Origin: Candidatus Latescibacterota bacterium
GTDB lineage: Bacteria; Latescibacterota; UBA2968
Direction of reading: 5' to 3'
DNA length: 64,000 nt
NCBI GenBank assembly: GCA_965204745.1
Contig: OZ242010.1
Location: 800,001-864,000, forward strand
The notes beneath the pieces are model-generated. The model did no database searches. It was not told where the DNA came from and worked only from the letters and a program-made list of their open reading frames with translations. The position numbers were made by a program, and so were the translations under genes. Positions within the stretch are counted from its first letter, which is position 1. Every line of letters begins with the position of its first letter. Below are positions 19,874-29,978 of the stretch, piece after piece.

Positions 19874-21075
19874 CTCTTTGCTCTTTCTCTGAATCCTGCG
19901 AGCATGCCCTGTTCCCACAAATAGCCCGCCTTGTCCCCCGCCTCGAGCTGACCGCTAACGAGCGGATCCGCAGAAAAGGGCATAATTTCCGACACGCCTT
20001 CGGCTTTTTCAATCAAGAACAAACTCTCTAGCGGTATGGCATTTAGAAATTGCGGCGAGTGCGTGGAGGCGAAAACCTGCCCGCCTCGGTGGGCGTATTC
20101 CATAAATTCTTCCGCGAGGATAGTCATGAGCTCTGGATACAACTGATTTTCAGGTTCCTCAACACAGAGAATTTTGTGCGGTTTGGGGTCGTGCAACAAC
20201 AGCAAATAGGCAAACATTTTTATCGTGCCATCGGAAACGTTGAAATCCAAAAAGGGGTCTTTGAAAGTGCTGTCGGCGTAGCGAATGAGCAAACTTCCGT
20301 CTTCGCTGGTTTTGGCTTCGACGTTGGATACACCGGGCACTCTTTCGCTCATTTTGTTTAACACCGCGGCAAAAATATCGGGATGTTCTTCTTTGAGATG
20401 AAAGGCGACCGAAGGCAGATTGTCGCCCGAACTGGAAAGATGAGAGCTCGGCTCGGGATTTTTCTTTCCGCGGGCGTCGTCGATGTGGAAGTCCGAAATA
20501 TGCCAATTTTCTATCAATTCTCGAAAAGCGTTCGCGGCCTTGAAGCGCTGTAGTTGCCCCAAACTGCTAATAGCCAATACGTCAGGCATAACCGCCTGTT
20601 CTTCTCTGGTGAGTTCGATATCTGGTTTATTGAAATCTTCTTCGTTGCTGACAGCGTTGCCTCTGCCGCGAGAAAAATCAATAAAGTGAAAGGGGGCACC
20701 ATAGCTAGAACGCTTGTAGCGCAGTATTTCTCGACGCACCAGCGGTTTCCCGTTTTCCAAGCCTATTTCTAGCCGATAGGTCACTAGGCGTTCTCTTTCC
20801 GCTATGGTCAAGCGAAATTTGAGTTCTATGACGATGCTTTCAGACAGACCGACGCCACGGGTGATCACTTCCTTAAATCCGTTGAAACCACCTTCGTTTT
20901 GCAAGGCGATTCGGACGTTCTGTGATAAACAGGTCTTCAAAAATGAAAAGACGCGAAACAAGGTGGTTTTGCCGACCCCGTTCTTGCCGACAAACACCGC
21001 CACTGGAGGCAGTCCCTTCAGGCTAATGTTCTTGAATGCCTTAAAATTTTGGATGTGGATTTCTCTTATGACCAT
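19870..21075 (-). CDS. AAA_21/ABC-type ATPase
   Basis: IQNFKAF, GKNGVGKT, SDGT, VEEPENQLYP, STHSP. Confidence 0.88.
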   Translation of the reverse strand: MVIREIHIQNFKAFKNISLKGLPPVAVFVGKNGVGKTTLFRVFSFLKTCLSQNVRIALQNEGGFNGFKEVITRGVGLSESIVIELKFRLTIAERERLVTYRLEIGLENGKPLVRREILRYKRSSYGAPFHFIDFSRGRGNAVSNEEDFNKPDIELTREEQAVMPDVLAISSLGQLQRFKAANAFRELIENWHISDFHIDDARGKKNPEPSSHLSSSGDNLPSVAFHLKEEHPDIFAAVLNKMSERVPGVSNVEAKTSEDGSLLIRYADSTFKDPFLDFNVSDGTIKMFAYLLLLHDPKPHKILCVEEPENQLYPELMTILAEEFMEYAHRGGQVFASTHSPQFLNAIPLESLFLIEKAEGVSEIMPFSADPLVSGQLEAGDKAGYLWEQGMLAGFRERAKR

Positions 21076-21293
21076 AGCCGAATACTCCTGCGGAAACCAG
21101 AGAGAACGCTGTTTAGATAAGAGGGGTAGGTGATCTTGTCAAGCGCGATAGATGACTTGCAATGTAGCGAGTGTATAAACAGAATATTGGGTTGATTACC
21201 CACGCAAACCTTCCTTGTCGTGGGTTTTATTTTGCTTTATTTTGCGCGCTCATGGTAAGGAATTTGTCGCGCAGTTGAAACGTCTTTTTGGTT

Positions 21294-21779
21294 ATGGATA
21301 TCCATCCCCTCATCGCCCATTTTCCCATTGTGTTGCTGATTGTCGGCGTTGTGTGTGATGTCGTCGGCATGGTCACGCGGCGCGATTTTTTTTCGCAGAT
21401 GGGCTATTTGCTCTTTTCACTCGGGGCGTTGAGTGCGATTCCGGTCGCGCTTACAGGAGAGCAGGCGGGTGAAGTCGCGCAGCATATCGACTCTATTGCC
21501 GCGGATTTGGATGACCACGATAGGTTTGGGACAGGGGCCACGTTTCTCGCGGTTGTGCTGGCGCTGGTACGCACGCATTTTACGGTAAAAAAACGATTTG
21601 TCGGCATGATTCGCTATGTGTATCTCGCGGTTGCCCTAATCGCGGCGGGCCTCATCGCGGCGGCCGGATACACGGGGGGACATCTGGTTTATCACTACGG
21701 CGCGGGTACGCGCCCGGTGAAGTCGCAGATCGAGGTGGAAAAGCGCGTTCCGCCAAGCGATACATCTGAAGGTCAATAA
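21294..21779 (+). CDS. DUF2231 membrane protein
   Basis: IHPLIAHFPI ... GYTGGHLVY. Confidence 0.8.
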   Translation: MDIHPLIAHFPIVLLIVGVVCDVVGMVTRRDFFSQMGYLLFSLGALSAIPVALTGEQAGEVAQHIDSIAADLDDHDRFGTGATFLAVVLALVRTHFTVKKRFVGMIRYVYLAVALIAAGLIAAAGYTGGHLVYHYGAGTRPVKSQIEVEKRVPPSDTSEGQ

Positions 21780-21782
21780 GAT

Positions 21783-22502
21783 ATGCCCATTTACCTTAAA
21801 AATCCGCATAGCATTCTCGCGGTGCTACAGAAGCGACCGGGGGATGTGATCGAGATTCGGTTGCCATCCACACGCGCCGGGGATGCGTGGAGAGCCGTGC
21901 GGGAACGGGCAGAAGCTATCGGGGCGCGGTTGCGGTACGGCCAAGGGGCCTCGCGGCACAATCGGTCGCACAGCGGACGCCTGGGAGAGGCCGCGGTCAA
22001 AGCGCGCCCCGGTTGCACCCTCGGCGAGTTGTTCGCCCATGGCACAGGCGTGTATGTGGCCCTGGACACGGTTCGAGATCCGCAAAACCTGGGCGCGGTT
22101 TTTCGCACGGCGGCCTTTTTTGGGGTTCGCGGCATTTTGCTCACCCGAAACCGGTCCGCGCCGCTGACGCCCGCGGCTTATGACGTGGCTTCGGGGGGAA
22201 TGGAATACGTCCCGTTTTCGATTCAGACCAATCTCGGTCGCGCCTTGGATGTTGCCAAAGACGCGGGGCTTTGGATACTCGGCACTGCGGAGGACGCGCC
22301 AGACGATTTGACCACCATTTCGGCGGACCGCGCGTGGGTACTCGTGTTCGGCAATGAGGAGACCGGCATGCGCCGCCTCACTCGGGACAAATGCGACGCG
22401 GTTTGCCGCATCGCGCCGCGCGGGGCCATCGCGTCTTTGAACGTGTCGGCTGCGGCTGCGATTTGCATTCACCATCTCACACGAGGAGTTTTCAATGGCT
22501 GA
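21783..22502 (+). CDS. TrmH/SpoU RNA methyltransferase (RlmB-like)
   Basis: DPQNLGAVFRTA, GNEETG, SLNVSAA. Confidence 0.88.
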   Translation: MPIYLKNPHSILAVLQKRPGDVIEIRLPSTRAGDAWRAVRERAEAIGARLRYGQGASRHNRSHSGRLGEAAVKARPGCTLGELFAHGTGVYVALDTVRDPQNLGAVFRTAAFFGVRGILLTRNRSAPLTPAAYDVASGGMEYVPFSIQTNLGRALDVAKDAGLWILGTAEDAPDDLTTISADRAWVLVFGNEETGMRRLTRDKCDAVCRIAPRGAIASLNVSAAAAICIHHLTRGVFNG

Positions 22503-23913
22503 TAACAGGCCGAATATTTTGCTCGTTATGACCGACCAGCAACGCGGGGATTGCTTGGGCATCGAGGATCATCCCGTGTTGCAAACGCCCAATCTCGATT
22601 ACATGGCCGCGTCTGGCGTGCGCTTTCGCCATGCGTATTCGGCGTGCCCGGTGTGTGTGCCCGCACGGCGCACGGTGATCACGGGGCGCAAACCGAGCAA
22701 CCACGGCGCGCTTCAAAATGCGTCGGCGCCGCTTCCGTGGCCGACTTTGCCGGGGGTGTTGCGCGACGCGGGGTATCGCACGCATCTCGCGGGCAAGGCG
22801 CACTGGGGGCCGGCGGCGACCGAACTCGGGTTTGACACCGCGGAATGGGCGGACAGCCCGATCTCGGGCGTCGATAATGATTATCAAAGGTACGTGCGGG
22901 AAAACGGCGCGCCGTGGCACCGCGCTTCCGATGCCCACGGCATGCCCAGCAATGGATTTCCAGGACGGCCGTGGCACTTGGACGAACATCTGCATTTTAC
23001 CAACTGGTGCGTGCAAAAAGGGCTCGAGTTTATCGACGCGCAACCCAGGGACCAACCGTGGTTTCTCGCGGTGAATTTTATCCACCCGCACCAACCCGTC
23101 ACCCCGCCAGCGCATTACTTCGACAAGTATATGGCGATGGATTTGCCCGAGCCTTATGTGGGCGATTGGGCGCGCGTTTTCTATGGCCCCGTGCGCGGGT
23201 TGCAACCCGAGTGCTGGCGGTTGTGCCTGGATCCGCCGGTGATGAAAGCCACGCGCGCGGGGTATTACGGCTGCATTGAACACATCGACCACCAGATCGC
23301 TCGGTTGGTGAGCAATCGCGTGTTGCCCCAAAATACGATTGTGGTTTTCGCGTCTGACCACGGGGAGATGCTCGGCGACCACCAGTGGCTTCGCAAGCGC
23401 AATCCCTTCGAGCCATCTGCCCGCGTGCCCCTGCTGATGAAGTTTCCCAATCACTTGGGCCTGCCCCAAGCGCGGGTGATCGACCGCCCCGTTGAACTGA
23501 TGGACATTATGCCCACCTTGCTCGACGCGGTCGGCGTTCCGATTCCCGATACAGTGGATGGGCAGAGCGCGTTGCCCATTATCCGCGACCCGCAAGCCGA
23601 ATGGCGCGAGTATGTCCACGGCGAATGCGCCAATGTGCCCACGTCGGACAGCGGCATGCAATACCTGACGGATGGCAACCGCAAATACATCTGGTTGCCG
23701 GGGCAGGGGCGCGAACTCTTTTTCGACGTCGAAAATGATCCCCGAGAAATGACGAATCTAGCTGGCGATCCCAAGTGGGCCGAGGAGATCGCACGGTGGC
23801 GATCCCGACTCATCTCTGAACTCGAGGGCCGGGCCGAGGGCTTTACGGACGGGGAACGCCTCATCACACAACCCGGCCCGACTGCGGCGACCCTGCCGGT
23901 TTGGGAGGAGTGA
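22495..23913 (+). CDS. Sulfatase
   Basis: PNILLVMTDQQR, CVPARR, SDHGEMLGDH. Confidence 0.93.
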   Translation: MADNRPNILLVMTDQQRGDCLGIEDHPVLQTPNLDYMAASGVRFRHAYSACPVCVPARRTVITGRKPSNHGALQNASAPLPWPTLPGVLRDAGYRTHLAGKAHWGPAATELGFDTAEWADSPISGVDNDYQRYVRENGAPWHRASDAHGMPSNGFPGRPWHLDEHLHFTNWCVQKGLEFIDAQPRDQPWFLAVNFIHPHQPVTPPAHYFDKYMAMDLPEPYVGDWARVFYGPVRGLQPECWRLCLDPPVMKATRAGYYGCIEHIDHQIARLVSNRVLPQNTIVVFASDHGEMLGDHQWLRKRNPFEPSARVPLLMKFPNHLGLPQARVIDRPVELMDIMPTLLDAVGVPIPDTVDGQSALPIIRDPQAEWREYVHGECANVPTSDSGMQYLTDGNRKYIWLPGQGRELFFDVENDPREMTNLAGDPKWAEEIARWRSRLISELEGRAEGFTDGERLITQPGPTAATLPVWEE

Positions 23914-23959
23914 AGCGCGGGGATTGTATCGGGACCTACTCCCCTGGCTCCGTTATGTT

Positions 23960-24397
23960 ATACCAATTTGATTTTATATTATCCCTACATCACATCGGGG
24001 ATAAATTATGCGTTGCTTGCCTAAAGCGTTTGGTCCTAAAGCCTCGTTGGTTGCCTTTGATGCCTTCGGCGACTTACTTTTTTTCAACAGCAAAAAAAAG
24101 TAAGCGAGCGGGGTACAACTGCCCCAGCAGTTCAAAAATGCCGCTCTCAAACGCCGAGGGGCTTGCACAGCGCAAATCGCTTTTGTAATCGCACGACATA
24201 AGACAGCCTGCAAAGTGGGTTGCAAGAGGGTTGTTGGTTGCCAATGGACTTGCGCGCTGTGCGTGATGGCTTTAGCTGATGGGCTTTTGCGATGGCAGGG
24301 TCGCAATGACTTTTCTGAATGACTGTGCAACCACAAGGGGATTGATTGCTCTCAGCATACCGCATCACATTAGGACAACAGCAATTCAATTTGGTAT
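23960..24397. mobile_element. MITE-like element, copy 1 (438 bp)
   Basis: Imperfect TIR ATACCAATTTGATT / AATTCAATTTGGTAT; homologous to 28633-29051. Confidence 0.75.
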
Positions 24398-25965
24398 CAC
24401 GCCATGACTCGCAGATCGTTGCCGGTCATGTCAGCGGGTTTGGGGAGGTTGAGGAGGGCGAGGAGGGTGGGGGCGACATCGCGCAAGGTGCCGCCTGCGC
24501 GCAACGTGCCCTTAAAGGTGGGATCGAATAGCACAAAGGGGACGGGGTTGGTGGTATGTGCGGTGTGGGGTTCGCCCGTGTGGTAGTGGATCATTTGTTC
24601 GGCATTGCCGTGATCGGCGGTGACAATGGCCGCGCCGTTTGCGTTTTCAATGGCTTTGAGCACGCGCCCAAGGCAGGTGTCAACCGCGGCGACGGCTTGT
24701 ACTGCGGCGTCGAGGATGCCGGTGTGCCCGACCATGTCGGGGTTGGCAAAGTTGCAGATCGCCGCGTGGAATCGGTTGGATGCGATGGCGTCTGTGAATC
24801 GGCGGGCGATTTCGGGCGCGCTCATTTCGGGTTTGTGATCGTACGTGGGCACGTCTTTGGGCGATGGGACGAGGATGCGTTCTTCGCCATCGAGGGGCGT
24901 TTCGTTTTGGCCGTTGAAGAAGAAGGTGACATGCGCGTATTTTTCGGTTTCTGCGATGCGAAGTTGCCGCATGGTTGCCCGTGCGATGACCTCGCCACAC
25001 AAATTGGGCATGTTTTGCGAGAGGGCTTCGGGCGGGTATGCAATGCCCGTGACGGGTACGCCGGCTTCGTATCGGGTCAGGGTGCGAAAATCGACTTTGG
25101 GTAGGACGCCGCGTTCAAAGCCATCGAAGTCTTGGAGGACAAATGCGCGGGTGATTTGCCGGGGCCTGTCCCCGCGAAAGTTGAAGCAGAGGACGCTGTC
25201 CCCGTCTTTGATGGTCGAGACGGGGTTGCCATTGTTGTCGGCGATGGCAATGGGTTTGATAAATTCGTCTGTTTCGCCCCGGTGGTAGGCGTTTTGGATG
25301 GCTGCGATAGGGTCGGTTTCGCGGATGCCTTTGCCCTGTGTGAGCAAGTCGTAGGCCAACTGGGTGCGTTCCCAGCGATGGTCGCGGTCCATGGCGTAAT
25401 ACCGGCCGCAGAGAGAGGCCACGCGACCGATGCCGTGGGTTTTGAACATGGCGAGCAATTCGCGCAAGCGGTGGATGCCGCTTTGGGGAGGCGTGTCGCG
25501 GCCATCTGTGAAAGCGTGGACGAAGACGCGATTGGCAGGGAGACCGCGGTCCCCTGCCATTTTGATTAGGCCCTCGTAGTGCCCAGGCCATGAATGCACG
25601 CCGCCATCGGAGACGAGGCCGATGAGGTGGAGGGCGCGCCCGCTGTTTTTGATGCGGTCCATCGCGGCGATGAGGGTTTCGTTTTTGAACAAACTGCCGT
25701 CGCGCACCCGGTCGTCTATTTGGGTCATGGCTTGCATGACCGTGCGCCCCGCCCCCAAGTTGAGATGCCCGACTTCGGAGTTGCCCATAAGGCCATCGGG
25801 CAAGCCCACATCGCGCCCGGAGGTGGTGAGGGTGGTGTGGGCGTAATTGGCCCACAAGCGGTCCATAGTTGGGGTTTTCGCAAGGGCCACGGCATTGTGG
25901 TCTTTGCGCGGGTTTAGGCCCCAGCCATCGAGGATGATGAGGGCGATAAAGCGTTGGTTGGACAT
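24397..25965 (-). CDS. gpmI: 2,3-bisphosphoglycerate-independent phosphoglycerate mutase
   Basis: ILDGWG, MGNSEVGH, GRYYAMDRD, AETEKYAHVT, NPDMVGH, TADHGNAE. Confidence 0.97.
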   Translation of the reverse strand: MSNQRFIALIILDGWGLNPRKDHNAVALAKTPTMDRLWANYAHTTLTTSGRDVGLPDGLMGNSEVGHLNLGAGRTVMQAMTQIDDRVRDGSLFKNETLIAAMDRIKNSGRALHLIGLVSDGGVHSWPGHYEGLIKMAGDRGLPANRVFVHAFTDGRDTPPQSGIHRLRELLAMFKTHGIGRVASLCGRYYAMDRDHRWERTQLAYDLLTQGKGIRETDPIAAIQNAYHRGETDEFIKPIAIADNNGNPVSTIKDGDSVLCFNFRGDRPRQITRAFVLQDFDGFERGVLPKVDFRTLTRYEAGVPVTGIAYPPEALSQNMPNLCGEVIARATMRQLRIAETEKYAHVTFFFNGQNETPLDGEERILVPSPKDVPTYDHKPEMSAPEIARRFTDAIASNRFHAAICNFANPDMVGHTGILDAAVQAVAAVDTCLGRVLKAIENANGAAIVTADHGNAEQMIHYHTGEPHTAHTTNPVPFVLFDPTFKGTLRAGGTLRDVAPTLLALLNLPKPADMTGNDLRVMA

Positions 25966-26000
25966 GGTCAGTGGTCAGTGGTCAGTGGTCAGTGGTCAGT
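25966..26000. repeat. Heptamer tandem repeat (GGTCAGT)x5 abutting the gpmI start codon
   Basis: Directly visible. Confidence 0.9.
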
Positions 26001-26093
26001 TCCCACCCCGCCTAACCCCCTGCGGTGAGACGTAAAACGGGAGAGGTGAGGTAGCACTGCCCAAGTAGTCAGTGGTCAGTCCGTCCCCATCAC

Positions 26094-26135
26094 CCGTAGG
26101 GACAGGCCCCTGTGCCTGTCCTCAGTCAGTGGTCA
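26094..26135 (+). repeat. GTAG-type REP-like hairpin, 42-bp direct repeat (second copy 27433-27474)
   Basis: CCGTAGGGACAGGCcCCTGTGCCTGtCCTCAGTCAGTGGTCA. Confidence 0.75.
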
Positions 26136-26208
26136 GTGGTTATTGCCATAGCAGTCGATGAAGACTGAAATACACAATGTCCCGCGTGTCATTCATCGGG
26201 GAATCGCG

Positions 26209-26535
26209 TTAGGCCTCCGCATCCAACACGCGCTGAAAGGCCTCGAGATCATCCCCCTGCACCGCCGAGCGAAGCAACTGCTTGAGCCGTTGCAAATCGT
26301 CGATGGCCGCAATGCGAGCGGCGAACTGACCGGCAACGGCCGGATCAAAGCGAATCTCCAACACGTCGAGGAGGTCTTCAACCGCTCGTTCTCTGACTCC
26401 TCGCTCAATGCCCTGCTCAATGCCCTGCTCAATGCCCTGCTCAATGCCCTGCTCAATGCCCTGCTCAATGAACTGTTCCTTGAACTGTTCCTTGAGGTAT
26501 TGGGCAAACGATGACTCACGCATAATCGCGTCCAT
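26209..26535 (-). CDS. Putative in-frame internal RpnS antitoxin (108 aa)
   Basis: AGGAGG-GTCTT-ATG inside rpn, in frame, before the repeat region. Confidence 0.6.
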   Translation of the reverse strand: MDAIMRESSFAQYLKEQFKEQFIEQGIEQGIEQGIEQGIEQGIERGVRERAVEDLLDVLEIRFDPAVAGQFAARIAAIDDLQRLKQLLRSAVQGDDLEAFQRVLDAEA

Positions 26536-27174
26536 AAGACCCTCCTGTGAAAGAATTCGGTTGATGGTGGTCGGCTCATACGCCAACCCACTCAAGACCG
26601 CCAAACTGCCCAAAAAGTCAACCTTGTCTGCTGCATCCAACGAAACCGCATCGCTCTTGCGAACACATTCACGCAACCAGTCCTCGGAAGCCATCCCCAC
26701 AGGAGGCTGCATCAACGGCGCGAAAGGAAGCAAGCCTGCCTGACCGCCTTCAAGAATGCCTTGCCCGTCTATCTCGTTCAACCGAATCACCTTGTATTCT
26801 ACAAGGACGCGATAGCCGGGAAGTTCTTGCGTGTAGTATCCTTCATCGCGTCGCCCGGCATTGGGACGCAAGTAAATCACATGGGCATAGACCGGCAGGC
26901 CATAGCGTTCGATGAGGCGGAGGATATAGATCGCCATGCGAATAGCCATATTCGCACTGTCGGTGGTTTGAAATTCCGTGTGAACCAAGACCTGCTTGCC
27001 GTCGATCCGCACGCGAATGAGGCTATCGACCAGGCGCGTGTCAACCATCGGGAGTTCGTTGTCGAGAACTTCTTCAACTTCAATTTCGACATCCTCGCGT
27101 CCGAGTGCCAAGCGGACGATGGCTTGCGGGAAGATGCGAATCAACAGTTTGGAAATCGTATCGTATTCTGCCAT
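26209..27174 (-). CDS. Rpn family (YhgA-like) PD-(D/E)XK nuclease/toxin
   Basis: LVDSL..HTEFQ..MAIRM; C-terminal (EQGI)n from a 12-bp tandem repeat; DUF4351-like tail. Confidence 0.85.
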   Translation of the reverse strand: MAEYDTISKLLIRIFPQAIVRLALGREDVEIEVEEVLDNELPMVDTRLVDSLIRVRIDGKQVLVHTEFQTTDSANMAIRMAIYILRLIERYGLPVYAHVIYLRPNAGRRDEGYYTQELPGYRVLVEYKVIRLNEIDGQGILEGGQAGLLPFAPLMQPPVGMASEDWLRECVRKSDAVSLDAADKVDFLGSLAVLSGLAYEPTTINRILSQEGLMDAIMRESSFAQYLKEQFKEQFIEQGIEQGIEQGIEQGIEQGIERGVRERAVEDLLDVLEIRFDPAVAGQFAARIAAIDDLQRLKQLLRSAVQGDDLEAFQRVLDAEA

Positions 27175-27593
27175 GAGGCTCCTCCTGACGTGTCATTGTT
27201 TGAACGACTTGGAGAAAAAATAAATAATCTCCAATCCCTCTCGCGCTGTCAAGTGATTTTCCCATTCGCGCCCTCCAACCACCCATCCGCCCGTGCGTTC
27301 CCTTCCTCTCCGCCCATCCGTGTCTGAATCGCGGATTAAACGGATTAGGGGATTTCGCGGATTATCCCCCACATCCCTACCGCAGCTTCATCGTTCCCCC
27401 GCTATGTCCTTCGCATCCTCCGTCGCCATCAACCGTAGGGACAGGCTCCTGTGCCTGCCCTCAGTCAGTGGTCAATGCGAATTAAGAGTAGAAAGCGAGC
27501 AAGAAGCAAGCGCGGTCAATCGTCCAAAGACATGAACGAGTGAGTTGTCATCTGATCGTACCCGATGAGAAACCAGTCGCAGAGATGATAGCC

Positions 27594-28574
27594 CTATTCC
27601 ATCGGATATTTCAATCCCCATTGGGCGCGCACGGCATCCAGCGTTTGCATATTCGCAAGCGTGTCGCTGTGGGACATGAGATCGCTTTCCAACTTGCCCG
27701 CCCGCACGCATCGCGCCACTTCGGCCGCTTCGCACTCGTACCCATTGCCCGCACATTCGAGCGTCACCACTTCCTCTTTGCCGCCGGCAGATAGGGTTGC
27801 CGTGCGCCCATCCCAAAATTGCGCGATGCTGATCATGCCATCCGTGCCCAAAATTTTGGCCTCGTGCGGGGTCTTGATTCTCACACCGCAGGAAATCAGC
27901 GCGAGTTGCCCGTCATCGTACCCAAATACCATCGCGGCCTGTTCATCCACCCCGGTCGCGCCGATATGGGCTCGACTCGAAATGGTGGTGGGTTGCGCGT
28001 CAAAAATCAGGGACGCATAAGAAATCGGGTAAATCCCCACGTCGAGCAACCCGCCGCCGCCGAGCGCGAGATCGAACAACCGGCCCTTGGGATTGACCTT
28101 GGCGCGAAACCCAAAATCCGCGTACAACATCCGCACCTCGCCTATCGCGCCCCCTGTCACCCACGCCTTCACCTGTCGGGTAATGGGCAAAAACCGCGTC
28201 CACATCGCCTCCATTAAAAACACGCCCTCTCGCCGCGCGACTTCGATCACGTCTCGCGTTTCGCGTTGGTTGATCGCAAACGGCTTTTCGCACAACACGG
28301 GCTTGCCCGCCTCCAAACACAAAATGCTGTGTTCTTTGTGAAAGGGATGGGGCGTCGCCACGTAAATCGCATCGACCTCTGGATCGCGTGCCAATGCCTC
28401 ATAAGAAGCGTACCTGCGGGGCACATCAAACGCATCGGCAAACGCATCGGCGCGCTCCTGACTGCGCGCCCCCACGGCGACGACTTGAGCATCGTCAAGT
28501 GCGCGCAATCCCGTTGCAAACTTTTTTGCAATACCGCCAGGGCCGAGAATGCCCCATCGAAAAACATCGCCCAT
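27594..28574 (-). CDS. Gfo/Idh/MocA oxidoreductase
   Basis: WGILGPGGIA, CEKPF, EAMWTRF, GGGLLDVGIY. Confidence 0.92.
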   Translation of the reverse strand: MGDVFRWGILGPGGIAKKFATGLRALDDAQVVAVGARSQERADAFADAFDVPRRYASYEALARDPEVDAIYVATPHPFHKEHSILCLEAGKPVLCEKPFAINQRETRDVIEVARREGVFLMEAMWTRFLPITRQVKAWVTGGAIGEVRMLYADFGFRAKVNPKGRLFDLALGGGGLLDVGIYPISYASLIFDAQPTTISSRAHIGATGVDEQAAMVFGYDDGQLALISCGVRIKTPHEAKILGTDGMISIAQFWDGRTATLSAGGKEEVVTLECAGNGYECEAAEVARCVRAGKLESDLMSHSDTLANMQTLDAVRAQWGLKYPME

Positions 28575-28632
28575 TGTCAATCCTTTCTTTTGATGATAAG
28601 ATGAAATGTCTTCCCCGATGCTGGAGTACATA

Positions 28633-29051
28633 ATACCAATTTGATTTTATATTTTCCGCATCCCGCTTCACATCAGAGATGAATGAGGAACAGACATTGC
28701 TTGCCTCAAGCGTTTGGCCCTACAGCCTCGTTGGTTGCCTTCGATGCCTTCGGCGACCTACTTTTTTTCTACAGCAAAAAAAAGTAGGCGAGCGGGGTAC
28801 AACTGCCCCAGCAGTTCAAAAATGCCGCTCTCAAACGCCGAGGGGCTTGCACAGCGCAAAGCGCTTTTGTAACAGAACGATACGCGCCAGCCTGCAAAGT
28901 AGGTTGCATAATGGATGTTGGTTGCGAGACGGCCTTGCGCGCTGTGCGTGATGGCTTGATCGGATGGTGTTTGCGATAGCAGGAGTGCCATGGCTTCGCT
29001 CGTTGTCCGCATACCGCATCACATTAGGACAACAGAAATTCAATTTGGTAT
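28633..29051. mobile_element. MITE-like element, copy 2 (419 bp)
   Basis: Same TIRs as 23960-24397; bracketed by a 24-bp direct repeat at 28605-28628 and 29052-29075. Confidence 0.75.
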
Positions 29052-29075
29052 AATGTCTTCCCCGATGCTGGAGTA

Positions 29076-29978
29076 TCAAATGCGATCATCAACCGACTTT
29101 GCGCCAGCTTCGGCAGTACCCCGATCCAAGGTTTGTGAACTGACAAACTCGATAATCTGCGGGAGTGTCATTGTGCCAATGGGTCGCGCCTCGCGCAACA
29201 AGAGCAGTGCGGCGACGGTCGCATGGGTGCTCGCCGCAACCCGTTGCAAGTTTTCACGTATGATTTGCGGCAGGGCGTCGCCGATGGCTTGTAGAAGATC
29301 GGCTTCAATTCGCTGTTCGAGGACGCGCTCGCGTTCGTTTTCGTCGGCTTGGGCCAGCGCGCTACGCCATTTCTCAAGGTGCCTCGAGCGGATCGCCAGC
29401 AGATCGAGCCCCGGATTGCCCAACCGAGCGGCACACTTTTCAACTATAGGATCAAAGCGATGCGCCTCCCAACCGAGATCGATGCGGTCCTTGAGGTCGG
29501 CAACGAGCCTTGGCCCATCCTCTGGATCATCGAGCAGGTCGCATGCTTCAATCGCGCCATTGAGCACTTCTCGAAGCCGACCGACGAGGCGATCACAACA
29601 AGCGGCGTAATGGGCGGCATTGTCTGGTGTTCCGCGGCCGCATGCCTCCTTGAACCAACGATGGACAAAGGCATAAGTTTTCTGATCTCGCTTTTTGCTC
29701 AGGTCTAAATTGTGAGCCACATAGGTTCGCAAAGTAGAAATTTCGTTGCGGAGTGAATTGTTGGCCCTTAGCGGCGGCAAATTCGTGAGAAATGTGAGCG
29801 GAATTTTTGCCGCTTCATTGACGAGCGCGTATCCCCAGATGACCAACCGATAAAATGCCAACTCATCGCCAAAGTCAGAGGGCAATGGCAACGAGATTTC
29901 GGCGCAACTGTTCGGGCAGTGGATGGAAACGCGCCTGCGAAGTGATTGGTACAGGTTGCTCAATTCAATCGGCGTCAT
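29076..29978 (-). CDS. Putative HEPN-like RNase effector
   Basis: Helical protein with RxxxxH motif LRTYVAH; ATGA overlap with the upstream NTPase gene. Confidence 0.55.
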   Translation of the reverse strand: MTPIELSNLYQSLRRRVSIHCPNSCAEISLPLPSDFGDELAFYRLVIWGYALVNEAAKIPLTFLTNLPPLRANNSLRNEISTLRTYVAHNLDLSKKRDQKTYAFVHRWFKEACGRGTPDNAAHYAACCDRLVGRLREVLNGAIEACDLLDDPEDGPRLVADLKDRIDLGWEAHRFDPIVEKCAARLGNPGLDLLAIRSRHLEKWRSALAQADENERERVLEQRIEADLLQAIGDALPQIIRENLQRVAASTHATVAALLLLREARPIGTMTLPQIIEFVSSQTLDRGTAEAGAKSVDDRI

